Source of the DNA: Anthoceros angustus
Taxonomy: Eukaryota; Plantae; Anthocerotophyta
DNA length: 64,000 nt
NCBI GenBank assembly: GCA_010909165.1
Contig: MU008183.1
Span: 868,001-932,000 of the forward strand
Direction: 5' to 3'
Shown here: positions 1 to 11,380 of the stretch, piece by piece
How positions within the stretch are numbered: position 1 is the first letter of the stretch
Layout of the letters: every line of letters starts with the position of its first letter
Notes under the pieces: model-generated
What the model was told of the DNA's origin: nothing
Database searches by the model: none
The model's input: the letters and a program-made list of their open reading frames with translations, nothing else
Made by a program: the position numbers and the translations under genes

Positions 1-3000
1 ATGTGACACAACTCCCCCACCAGCTCTCTCAGCTTTGGACTTCACAATTGGGTTACTTGTCACACCTGGCGTGTTTAATCCCTTCTTGGCAGCCTTCCTT
101 GCCTCCATCTGCCCATCTGCAACATCCGCTGTTCTCTTGGTGCCTCTTCCACTGACCTTACCCTTCGCAGTATCTGCACTCTTGCCAACTGCAGTCTCAG
201 CTTTTCCTGTAACCGCAGGCTCCATTCTGACGGGTGTTAAGTCAGACCTCTGTACATCTTTCCTACCACCGGGACTTCTCTTGGCTGGAGAGTCTCTCCT
301 CACATCCTTGACCCTGCCTGCCATCTTACTCAAAGCCTCGCCAGCAGCTGCGTGCTTCACCGCCTCATTAGTGTCCTTGACCATTTGCTTCCCACTCGAT
401 GACCATATCATCTAGTTCGCCTGATTCCCTGTCGGACCGCAGTTTGCCTCTATCTTCAACCCCTTCTCTAATCTCCCCGTCGCTCAGCATCCCACTTTCT
501 TCTGCTTGCTCGGCCCCAGAAGACTTCAGTATTTTCCCTCCTTTCGCTTGAAGATCTGCACCTGGCATTGCCCTGTCCGGAAAATCCAGCCTTTTTGTAG
601 ACTCTAATTCACGACTCCGCCGTCTGATCTGATCTGGATTGTTAGGCCACCCATGCATTTCATACTGATCCCTACCAGTGACAGGAAACATTTCAACATT
701 AGGCCCAGGTTTCCCCAACAGACTCGGCTCGCAATTGTTCTTCCTGTAAACTTCTGACACCCCAACTGCTGGTGTATCAGCTGCTTTCAATGGTAGCTCT
801 GCCCTGGAGTCGTTGCCTTCTGCACATTCTTCAATGGCTTCCTTCCACCAGGAGCATTGCTAGCTGCTGGCTTTTGGCCCTTTGGTTTTCCACCAGCCAC
901 ACGTGGGGCTTCATTTCCCGCAACGGAGACATCTGTTGCTGTAACTTTCCTCCTGCTGAACTGGAGTTTTGGCTCAAGTGAAACCCCGTCTGCTCCACAG
1001 CGCTATCAGTCGGAGGAGGAACACCAAGTTCCTGGGAACCATCTGCAGATGGAGGGGAAGACTTTTTGGCAGTCTCTGCTGATACATGTATTTTCCCAGA
1101 TGAACCCTCTCCTCTAACGTTCATTCCAACTCCTAGTCCTGTTCCCTCTGAGATGTCCTTGCTAGAAGCTTTAGCCTCCTTTGCAACAGCAGGCCCCCGT
1201 CTATCCTTTGCAATAGCAGGCCCCCGTCTGGCCCTCTGTTCTGAGCTTTCATCTCCAATGCTTCTATGCTGTTGTCAGACTCAGAGCTCCTGCACTTAGA
1301 ATCGTCTGTAGACCTGTCAACTGCATTCGCAGCCTTTAGTGCAGCCTCACCGATCATTCATGTCCACTAAGGCCGTCAGCAACCACCTTCTGGTTATCAG
1401 TCAAGGAGGCCACCTGGGTGAAGGTGGGGCTCCTTCTGAGGACACAACATCAATTTCCTCATCATCCTCATCATCCCCAGCCAGGGCTGGTCTCTCAGTT
1501 CCAGCCAGATTCTCGGCACCCAGTTGTTCGGCATTCCAGGGGTGTTGGCTCCAGTCTCTGGACATGAGGAGAAGGTTCCCTGTTTTCCCCTCTTGGTTTC
1601 TCGTTCTCATCGTCACTTACAATATTTACATCCTCGTCCCCACCCTCGTCTGCACTCTCATCCTCCCCACTGCTGCTGGAAGAGTCGCTATCACTGTCAC
1701 TCCCACTACCACTCTCACTTCCGCTCCCGCTTCCGCTGTCGCTGTCACTTCCACTGCCAGAGCTGCTACTTTCACCGCCATCACTGTTGTCGGATGTTTT
1801 CAAAAGCGCCTCCTGAGCACTAGAGGGTGTGTTATCTGCAGAAACGCCATCTTCCCTGATTTGGTTAACCCCGGGGACCACTGCTATTCTATCAGGGCTT
1901 GCAAAAGCCTGAGAACTTTTCTGCTGAACATCAGGACGAACAGCAGACACAGTTTTCTGGGCTTCCTCCGTTTTACTGTTAGCCTTCCTAATTGGAGGCC
2001 TCTGAAATTGCTTCACAGCAGCTGGTGCCTCTGTAACCTCCTTTCTAACATCCTGATCATCCATTGCGACCACATCTAATGCTACATCTGATGAGGCATC
2101 CGGTAGAGCAGGAGAGTCTGCAAGTGGCGGAGAGTCCACAGGTACAAAGTCAGGTGAGTTTCCGGAAGGCTTTGTCACAATTCCTTTTCAACCCCTTGCT
2201 TGAGCATGTATTTTCCCTGGTGCAATAAAGGTAGCTATTTGCTTCAAAACTTTCTCCATGTTCTTCTTCTTCCTTCCGGCCTGCAAGCTAGGCAGACCAT
2301 CTCCTAACGCCCTCTCCAAAGCCTTCATCGACATCCTTTCGGGTTGTCCGTCAGCAGCGTGATCAGACAGTTGCGAAGGTCACCAACGTTGACAGCTGCT
2401 CCAGACTTAGCCATTGACTCAGGGGAGCAACTGCAGCTGGGCTGGAGACCTGTGGCTTGCTGACAGCAGGTGGAGGTGCCTCCACCACAGGACGCCCCTT
2501 GGGAGGAAGCATCGTGCCTGCTGGTGCAGAATTGGGCAGTCTGGGAGCAGCAGCTATAACTTCAGGTGAGACTGGTGCTGCCAATTTCGGCTTGACAGTG
2601 CCAACAGAGTGAATGGAAGTCACCTTGTTCTTCCCTGCTGCAACTCCAGCTGCTGCGGTTTCCCCTTGCTCAAGGACTCCTTCATGTGCATAGCATTCTG
2701 ATGAGACCTGTTCTGCATAAATTTCCGTCCACTTCCGCCGTCATTCGCAGCAGCCACTTGATTCTTCAAGCTGCTACTAGGTTCAAGAACGATGGCCTTG
2801 GGACTTCTGCTTTCGTTCTGCCTCTGCAGAACGTTCCTTCACACGATTCTTCTCATCCGCGTCCAAGGTCCGATTCACCGAGATCTTCCGCCACACAGCT
2901 CCTGCTTCAGCCAGAATCCCGTTACCAGATTCACCCCGCTGCTGCTCTTCATATATAGCGAACAAATGCCCTGGTTCACGAGCAGATGAAAACCTGATCT

Positions 3001-3361
3001 CCTCATTCCCCACCCTAAGTACTCCTGCTCCCGAGGGCGAGGATCCAAACTTCATGGACAAAGACCCTCCATCAGCTTTGACTCGACTGAGCTCCTCCCA
3101 AAGCCCCGGAGTGAGCTTCGCAAGTATCGCAAACGGGGCCATCGTCCCGTCGGACAACATCTGGAAGGTTTCCTCCACCGCGTTGGCTGCTGGGACCACG
3201 GCAGCGGCAGACTTCTCTGCAGCACCACCATCTCGAGACGGGCGCCCCTTACTTTTCCCAGCCATCCCCACACTTCTCCCAAGAGGTAGGATCCGGCTGG
3301 CAGGGGGGGGACCAAGCCTGGCCTGGCCTCGGCCCCCTCCCCTCGCAAACTTGCTCGCCAT
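1..3361 (-). CDS. Occludin/ELL-domain protein (RNA Pol II elongation factor ELL-like; plant 'dentin sialophosphoprotein-related' family), copy A, 3' end outside the window
   Basis: ORF fragments join into one protein starting MASKFARGG at 3361, with the N-terminal block FAILAKLTPGLWEELSR...GNEEIRFSSARE...EAGAVWRKISVNRTLDADEKNRVKERSAEAERK and a Ser/Asp-rich linker. Frameshifts differ from those in copy B. Confidence 0.85.
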
Positions 3362-3970
3362 GCTTTCCTATCTCCTGCAACAGGGATCGCAATCCAACAT
3401 GTCTAAATCCACGCAATTCAACTCATATCAGCTCCCTCCGAGCCAGGCCAAGCATGCAAAAAATACACCAAATCGCTCTGAAACCGCACAATTCACCATC
3501 ACGCCTTCCTTCCTTACCGAATTAGCTCTCCTTCTGCTCCTTTCTCCACAAAGGCCGCTGAGTTTCGCTGAAATAGTGGCAGGCAAGAGTGAACAATCCT
3601 CCCCAGCGCTACCGACGCCGATGCATCTGACGCCCATATGTTGCTGGCGCTGGCCCCTTTGACAGAGCAGGCATTGCAGGAAGGACGCGGCCATGACCAA
3701 CATAGTGACCCTGACGTCCAAGGGAAGTTCTCATATCTGTTCGCTCAAAGCGCTGAAAGGAAAGCGAGCAAGCAAAGAAAAGCAGTCCTTTTACGAACAC
3801 GCTCTGTGAAAAAGTACATTACATTCCATATTACATTCTGCTTCACTAAACCTACCCACTCCCTACACACAAGAGCAGCTCAGCTTTCACATAGCTACAT
3901 GCATGGGAAGGAAGACTCAATGAATCATATAATGTATTAGAGTAAGAATTTATAATGAGAGCTTTAGTAT

Positions 3971-4095
3971 AAATTTTATTATAAGAAAAGTAAATTCTAT
4001 TATAAGAAATAAATGAATTCTATTATAAGATATAAACAAATTTTATTATAAAAATAAATAACTTCTATTATAAATAAAAATATATTATAAATTAA
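3971..4095. repeat. AT-rich minisatellite (about 6 copies of a 19-23 bp unit, core TATTATAA) between divergent genes
   Basis: aaattttattataagaaaagt / aaattctattataagaaataaat / gaattctattataagatataaac / aaattttattataaaaataaat and further copies. Confidence 0.8.
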
Positions 4096-4258
4096 GACTT
4101 TAATTATTATTATATCTTTCTCAAAAACATTTTCCAAAGAAAAAACCCTTTAGTTACTCTCTCCTCATATATGCAAGTTGATGTATTTAGATATGCAAGT
4201 TGCTGTACCATAGTTTAGACACAGAAGGCCTTCGTAAACACAGGCTGAAGTGAGAGCG

Positions 4259-5259
4259 ATGTGCTGAGGGCGGAGGTAAGAAGGTGAGGAGCAGAGTGGA
4301 GGATGAGCGTATCTCGAAGGCTGTGGATTCTCTGCTGAGATGGCTGGATTCTCAGAAATCGGAAGGCGCAGCTTGTTGAGGATGACGAGCTCCTGTATGT
4401 TGTGGTATCGATGAAAAAGGTACCGCAGGTGGCGCGCACGAATCCGTACAGGATTCCTGTGCCTCACCCGCTCTTTCCCCTGGATGGTTCGCAAGAGATC
4501 TGCCTCTTTGTGAGCGACCGGGAGTCGGGTATGAAGCAGAAGGAAGCGAAGGACAGGGTTGCGCAGGAGGGAATACCTATTCAGAAGGTGGTGGCGCTGT
4601 CCAAGCTGAAGAAGAACTACTTCGCGTACGAGGCCAAGAGGAAGCTGTGTGGTTCGTATGACTTGTTCTTGGCGGACGATAGGATTCTCTCCGAGCTTCC
4701 GAAGTGCCTCGGGAGGACTTTTTTCAAGAAGAAGAAGCATCCTATCCCGGTTAGGTTGTCTAGGGGACAATGGAAAGGGCACATCACGGCTGCGTGCAGC
4801 TCTACCTTTTTCTATTTGGCGAGGGGGACGTGCAGTGTCATCAAGGCTGCCAAAGCCTCGCAGTCTAGGGATGAGATTAGGGACAACATTCGAACTATAG
4901 TGGAAGGGGTAGCTCATGTTATTCCTAAGAAGTGGTCCAACATCCAGTCCATTTATTTGAAGACGTTGGAGTCCGTGTCGCTTCCATTGTACCAGGCACT
5001 TTCAGGCCTCCCATTGAAGATACAGGTCGGCAGGAAGTCCGAGTCCGAGGATTTGGAGGCCCCGACGGAGGGTATGTTAAAGGAGGGGAAGTCGGAGGAG
5101 AGCAAGTCCAAGGAAGAGAAGTCCAAGGAGGGGAAAGCGAAGGAGAGCAAGTTGAAGGAGAAGAAGAGGGAGGAGAGCAAGTCAGTTGGGGAAGTGGAGC
5201 CTTCGAAGAAGAGGAAACAAGTAGATAGCCTGAGGAAGTCGAAGAAAAGTCGAACATGA
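4259..5259 (+). CDS. RSL1D1: Ribosomal protein L1 domain-containing protein (RSL1D1/Cic1/Utp30-like), copy A, intronless
   Basis: Motifs RIPVPHPLF, EICLFV, KLKKNYFAYEAKRKLCGSYDLFLADDRIL, LGRTFFKKKKHPIPV, IPKKWSNIQSIYLKTLESVSLPLY and a Lys/Glu-rich tail. The 5' end is frameshifted relative to copy B. Confidence 0.9.
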
Positions 5260-5406
5260 CTCGGAAGGTGCACGATCGGTGAACTCATTTGTGCCGCTTG
5301 CACCCCTTCTTTTGTCATTTGTTTGGTGGAGGTTCGGCTGCGAAATGGTGCTTCAACTGCAGCTTCTTTTGAGGTGAGGCCAAAGGCGTAAAAGTCCTCG
5401 CGACCA

Positions 5407-7377
5407 TTATAATTGTTGTTTTCTCGAGACGAGGTCCAGGCTCCATAGAGGGAGTGAATAAATTAGGATGCAGGGAGAGAACACGCGATAGATAAACAAT
5501 GTAGGCGTAGGCACGCCAGGCCTGTCTCCTTGGTGCATCATGTGCACCTCAACCACAACTGTGGAGACGGTGCTCATGCATCCCATGAGTCCAAGCTGCA
5601 GAGCTCCCGTCACTAGGGTAGCATCCCCATTGCTGACCTGAAACATAGGCCAAGGCCGGCAGTGAGAATTATGTCCGTAAAACCTTTACAGCTGAATAAT
5701 GAATCGATCTGAGGAGCGACAGTGGCGGTTTCTAAAGACTTACCACAACTCCCACGGTGCCCAGGCTCGCATCCAACCATGACGCAATGACGTTGGCAAG
5801 GAGAGTGCCAACGGGCAACCATTTAATCCAATGCTTTGGTCCGACGCCCTGACCATTCAGCCGGGCAAGATGCCACCTTGTCCAGACACCAAGAGGTGCC
5901 ACCATGCAAGCCAGCCAGAGTTTTCTTTGATCCTCATGCAGCAGGGTGAGAACCGCAGATGCCACCGACATACCACCCGCTAGAAGTGAGAAGGACGCAA
6001 AAAATCCATCTGCGGGCAAGGTGGTCTTCTGCACTCCTTTGCAGCTTTCTCACATCCTTCTCAGGCGTCTTCCCTTGCAAACAGTGGATGAAGCCTAGCA
6101 GTGCCCTCGCAGAGTCCATGCCGAAAATGAGACACATCCATGATAGCTGCATACCTTGGATAGACCAACACCATGCTGTCAGATTTCGCCACAATAACCG
6201 AATTCATGAGCGTGAAGAGGAATATACCAATTAGAATGCCGACAAGAGCATGGACCCAGCGGCCCCCAGTGAGTAGTTCAACCATGTGCTGGTTCCAGGA
6301 TGCAAACGTGGTAATGCTGCCCATGAGTCCAGTTGATAAGCCGACAGCCAAGATCTCCGAGTAACGTGAAATATGCGTCTTCAAAGTGACTCCTACCCAT
6401 CCCATGAAAAAGGACCCAACCTGCGAAAGGCAAGAAAAACCATCAACAACAACCGGAATACCAACAGGTGAACCACAGAATCCCCGAAATTGCAATACAC
6501 ACCATGTTTGCCGGCAAATCAGTGAAAAGTGCACTCCTATCTCCAGTGACATCGGCCACATTCGGGCCAAACAAAATTTGCAGTCCGTATCTTATGAGCA
6601 CCTGCAATTCAGCCACAACCACGTGATGACGTAAAAGCATAGCTCAAGGTTGTCATACTACCGTTCAGGCACCTGGTAACGAGTACCATCCCATATTCCT
6701 CCCAGCAGGCAAACCCTCTCCCGTTAGCAACGTATTTACTTAACGAAACCAGTGACTTACCCCTAGCATCCCGAACACGGCGAGATGAGCAAGGGTCGAT
6801 AGGTATTGAGGGATTGGAGGCAACTTGCGTGCATCAACCTGACAGGGCAGGAAAGGCCATGACAGTGTCAGTCCGAAGGACAGACTTTGAAATTGTTGAA
6901 TAAAACAAAGGTGAAGCCAGCAAAACGCGGCGGTGCGAACTCGGAGAAACCTGTCCTCACCGCAGGTTGTGGTTGCAGAGCTGACGCCTGCTCAAGCGGT
7001 TGCTCATCATCCACCCTCCTGGACCGGACAGCCTCGTCTCCATCAGCGACCCTGATTCGTTGAGCGGATGGTGCGGCGTCGGATAATCCTTGAGCCAGGG
7101 TCGGCAGCGGAGGTGGCGCAAAGGCCTCGTTGCTTGTGGCTGGCCATACCCTAGAGATGGGACCAGAAGAGTAACCTCCGTCGCTCCTGGTGTCGAGACG
7201 GCCAGAGTCGCCGGCAGTGGCTTCTAGCTGATCCTCCTCGTCCACAGACAGCCGTGGTATTCCAAAAGAACGCCTGAAGCTGCCTGAAAACCTTCCCAAA
7301 GCTTCGGGCTCCCGGTACCTGTACGCCAATTCCAAATCACCGCTCTCGGCTAATTCCTGGTCCGCAATTTGAGCCAT
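5407..7377 (-). CDS. FEX: Plant fluoride export protein (FEX; two CrcB/Fluc domains), copy A, multi-exon
   Basis: Exons encode LAHLAVFGMLG, VLIRYGLQILFGP...DLPANM, VGSFFMGWVG, GLSTGLMGSITTFASWNQ, APLGVWTRWHLARLNGQG, GTLLANV and GLMGCMSTVST, separated by short GT-AG introns. ATG (MAQIADQE) at 7377. Confidence 0.92.
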
Positions 7378-8545
7378 AAAGGTCCTGGACAGTAGCTGGC
7401 CACTTGTCCCCAAGTGCTCAATCGAGATCCACTACAATCTCATGAGACGCGTTTGTTGCATGCCTCTCGACTCATCCAAGCAGTGCTGCACCGATCCATC
7501 ACTCCTCTCAACCTGCCCGTTGTGAAGGATCCAGGAAGCATCGAATTGCGCGCTTGAAGGCTATGATGCAGACCTCTCGCCCGTCTAGACTCACTGCCGT
7601 TGCGAGTCGCCTTCCGCGCTGTCTGGCAAGGAGGTGAATGCAAGCAGTTGGCTGAAAATTGAAACGCGTTCTCACCGACGACTCCAACACCGCACTGAGA
7701 ATCTTTGTTCACAGAACAAGTGTAGCAGATAACTCCACAAGACAGAGAGGCGTGAGGCTTGATCGGCGACAGTTCCAGAATATCCTGCACGCACGATCAA
7801 TATCCATAAGATAGCCTACCAGGAAGCTCTACTGCGAGGGTGGCTTACACCTACTGAGTTCGTAGTAGGGCTAGTTGCCAGTTTGCTCGTGGACACTACG
7901 TGCCGGCCTCTAGGCTCATGTTCCCGGTGTTTATGTCTCGCTCTAGATTCTAAAAAGAAGGTGCCTCACAGTGAAGCTCTACATGCGGAAGTAACTTCTA
8001 GGGGCTCACGACCTGCGAAGGTAGCTCACGCGAGCCGCTGTAGCTATGAAGGCAGGCAAGACGAGGACGATAAGATACACCAACACAAGTCAAGTTACCA
8101 GCGTCGATACGTATTTGTTTCAGGGTAGAGGTCGTTTCAGATGAGGGTAGTGCGCAGCACCCAACAGGGGAAACGTAAAATGAATCGAACTCTTCACACC
8201 GTAGGAAAAATGAACCGAAAAGGCCTTAGATATACATACGTAGTAATGGTCTGACAACCGACAAGCCAAAGGCTGGCGCAACCCACTTTCATCGTATAAC
8301 TGCGTATCTCAGAGTCCGAGTTAGGTACCAAGAGAGTGCATCCAAGAGGTGTCGGAAGAGAGTTGTCTTGACCAAGCCAACCAGGACGGTCTTCTGGCAG
8401 GCCCGCAGTGGTCAAGCGCCAGGTGGCTCTCACCGGAGGAGGACACACACCTGCATGCAGCATGTAGCATGCAACATGCAACGAGGTGGGTGAGGGAACG
8501 GCGACACCCGCACAAAAGAACTTTCAGAGACCTGTTGTTCTCTGG

Positions 8546-8745
8546 ATTTGCCACGTCGCCTTGCCTTTGGCAAAACAAGCTCAGAGTAAAGTTGGAATGA
8601 GCCATAGTAAATTTTGGGCTATACCGAAAATAATACATGGACTTGAAACGGTGCCTTCAATTGACATAGTAAAATGAGCGGCCGTGGTAAAATGCACCCC
8701 CGTTGTAAAACTTCAATTAGTAAAAGTATACTTTTCCTAGTAGTG
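8546..8745 (-). mobile_element. CACTA (EnSpm) terminal inverted repeat plus subterminal region, with the element body lying to the left
   Basis: 8732-8745 ttttcctagtagtg is CACTACTAGGAAAA on the minus strand, a canonical CACTA terminus. About six GTAAA(A) subterminal motifs lie within 200 bp. Copia integrase sequence begins immediately after it; candidate 3-bp TSD gct at 8746-8748. Confidence 0.78.
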
Positions 8746-11229
8746 GCTATGTCCAAAATCGTTGCGGAACTTCAACTCTTGCAGATAAAACACCTTTTGA
8801 GATCTGGATGGGACGGAAACAGAACGTCAGCCATCTTAGGGTCTTCGGCTGCACGGCATACAAGTATGTCCCACCGTAGATTCGCAAGAAGCTAGACCCC
8901 CGCTCCATCAAGCTTACCTTCACAGGATACGGGGAAGATAACGGCGTGAAGGGTTTCAGGCTCTTCAATCGCCACAAACGAAGTTTTACGTTCGCCAAGA
9001 ACGTCATTTTTTATGAAGCTTCTGTCCTAGGTGCTCCCATTCTAGATCCTCTCCAAGCAGACCACGACATGACTTCGCCGCTTTCAATTACCACCTTTGA
9101 GGAAGATGTCTTCCACCCACCTCCACACGTGCCGCTTCCCAACCCCATCACATTACACCAACTAGCCCAAGCCGGTGGTCACTCCGCCCTTCTCCACCAA
9201 CCCACTGGCGCTCCTCCTCCAGATCCTTACAACCTCAACGGCCCAGCGACAAGGGGGAATGAATATGCAAGCCTTCATGCTAACCATGTGCCGCAGATGG
9301 ATGAGGACACTGAACCATATGAACTGTTTGATCTTGCCCAGCCACACGGGGGAATAGGACCAGATCCTGAAGTTGCTGGACATGATCAACTTCAAACTAC
9401 TTTTGACAACAACCCAAGATGATCTACCAAGACAAACAGAGGGATTCCTCGTGTAAAATTCCATGACCTCACTTTTGACAAATCACAAGGCCTTTCTTCT
9501 CATGCTCTCTTCAGTGCTGACATTGTACATATCAAGGAAGCACTTGAAGGACCGTAATCCAACTCCTCAAGCAAGCAATGGAAAGTGAATATTAATCCTT
9601 GGTTTCTAACGAAACATGGACCTTGGTTGATCCACCACAAGGAAGAAACATTGTAGGCAAATAAATGGGTTCTCGAGGAAGAAGCATAATGATGGCTCCC
9701 AGCCAGCTGTGTTCAAGGCCGACTAGTAGCAAGGGATTCACAAAAGAGTGGAGTCGACTATTTTTAGTCCGTAGTAAAACTCACCTCTCTTCGCGGTGAT
9801 GATAGCCTTAATCGCTTCCTCTTTATACACGCCATAGATGTGGAGACGGCCTTTCTACATGGAATCTTAAAGGAAGAAATTTACGTACAACAGCCTCTTG
9901 GATATGAAGTGAAGGGACAAGAATCCAAGGTCTGCCTTCTAAAAAAAACTCTTTATGGAATGAAACAGTCTCCCAGAGGCTGGTACAAACATCTTCTACG
10001 GTATTTACTCAGCCTGGGCTATGTTAAAAGCTCTGTAGACTCTAGTGTCTTCACAAGAAACAAAGGGCAGAAAATGCTTATGATGGGTCTTTATGTGGAT
10101 GATTTGATAATGGTTTCAAATGATGAAGCCTACCTAGTTGAATGCAAGTCTGCTCTTAGGAAAGAATTCAAGATGATGATAATGGCAAGATGACATAACG
10201 CTTGGCATACAAGTTACTCAGATCCATCTAATCATACCATCACCTTACATCGTGGAACATATGTTTCTAATTTACTTACCAAGTATGAGATGTCTAGTCG
10301 CAAAACATGTAGATACACCTATGCAAAAGGCCCTAGATTAAGTAAAACAATGTCACCTCGTAGATGTTGAAGTCGCTGAGATGCAATCATTTCGATGCAG
10401 CGTAGTTGGCGTGTTCAAAGATTGAGCTCAATACACTAGACCGTATGTAGCATGTCCTAATGGCCATGTTTCGCCTGTCCAACTCGAAAGTTACATTGGG
10501 TGGCGCTAAGAGAATCCTTAGATATCTTCCGATAAGAACCCGTGGAATTCAAAGACAAAGAACATCCTAATGCTCACACCAAGCTTATAGGTTGGATTGA
10601 TGCAAACTATGCGCGATCCGGACACTAGAAAATCCACAAGTGGTTATGTCTTTATGCTTGCGTGAGGTCAGAAGCTAGAAATCAAGAAATAGACTTCGAT
10701 TGCTCAGAGCTCAGTTGAATCTGAATATATTGCAGCTGCCTCCGCAGCCAAAGAAGGTCTATGGATAGTTCAACTCCTTCGAGACCTTGGATACCCACAG
10801 GAAGGACCTTTGGAATTAATGTGTGACAATATAGCTACCATAGCTTTATCCAAAGATCTCAGATTTCATGAACGATCAAAGCACATAGACGTACGTTATC
10901 ACTTCCTCCGCCTCAAGGTGGACTTAGGCGCACTCATATTGAAGTACATATCTACTGAAGACCAGCTCGCCGACATTTTGACAAAGCCCCTGGGAAAGAT
11001 CAAACATGAGGGCTTTTGCTCGAAGTTAGAACTTGTAGACTTGTGATAGATTCAGATCATCTCGCTTCAAAGGGGGTGTGTGAAACCAATTCATGTCATG
11101 ATGCTCGTCGTTCTAAATAGAACATGGTAATCTTGTAAGGAGGTTTATATACGAACTCCCTGTTGTGTAACCCCTCGACGAAACCTACCTTGCACCTAAA
11201 ACACATTCAAGAATCAAGGCCTCCTTACA
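8746..11229 (+). mobile_element. Ty1/Copia element C1, 3' half (integrase C-terminus, RT, RNase H, PPT, 3' LTR)
   Basis: YVQNRCGTSTLADKTPFEIW...LRVFGCTAY...RKKLDPRS (integrase). RT ETAFLHGILKEEIYVQQP...KTLYGMKQSPRGWY...LYVDDL. RNase H CDNIATIAL...SKHIDVRYHF...QLADILTKPL ends at 11046. PPT agggggtg at 11071-11078. Confidence 0.92.
11079..11229 (+). repeat. Putative 3' LTR of Copia C1 (about 150 bp, TG...CA)
   Basis: Begins tgtgaaacc directly after the PPT and plausibly ends ctccttaca. There is no 5' LTR in the window to confirm the end. Confidence 0.55.
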
Positions 11230-11380
11230 TTGACCATTCATGCCCTTCGAACTCATAACAGTAAGACAATCAAGTATACACAATGAGACACCGGCCGGCC
11301 TATGGTCAAGGTAACAAACCATGTCACAAGGTAAGACGACGTTTTAAATGTGCACATTGCAAATGGCAATCATGGACTCA

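Larger units (their letters stand above)
1..8545. repeat. Segmental duplication, copy A, of host block 28091-36676 (left end outside the window)
   Basis: Base 1 (atgtgacacaactcccccac) matches 28091. Colinear near-identity, differing mostly by small indels, runs to ...gttgttctctgg (about 8545 / about 36676), where the two copies diverge abruptly. Confidence 0.95.

Noticed and set aside
8722-8741. Helitron 3' end (palindrome aaaagtatactttt followed by CTAG)
   Set aside because: The palindrome is AT-rich and abuts the CTAG. The same bases are better explained as the CACTA terminus CACTACTAGGAAAA.
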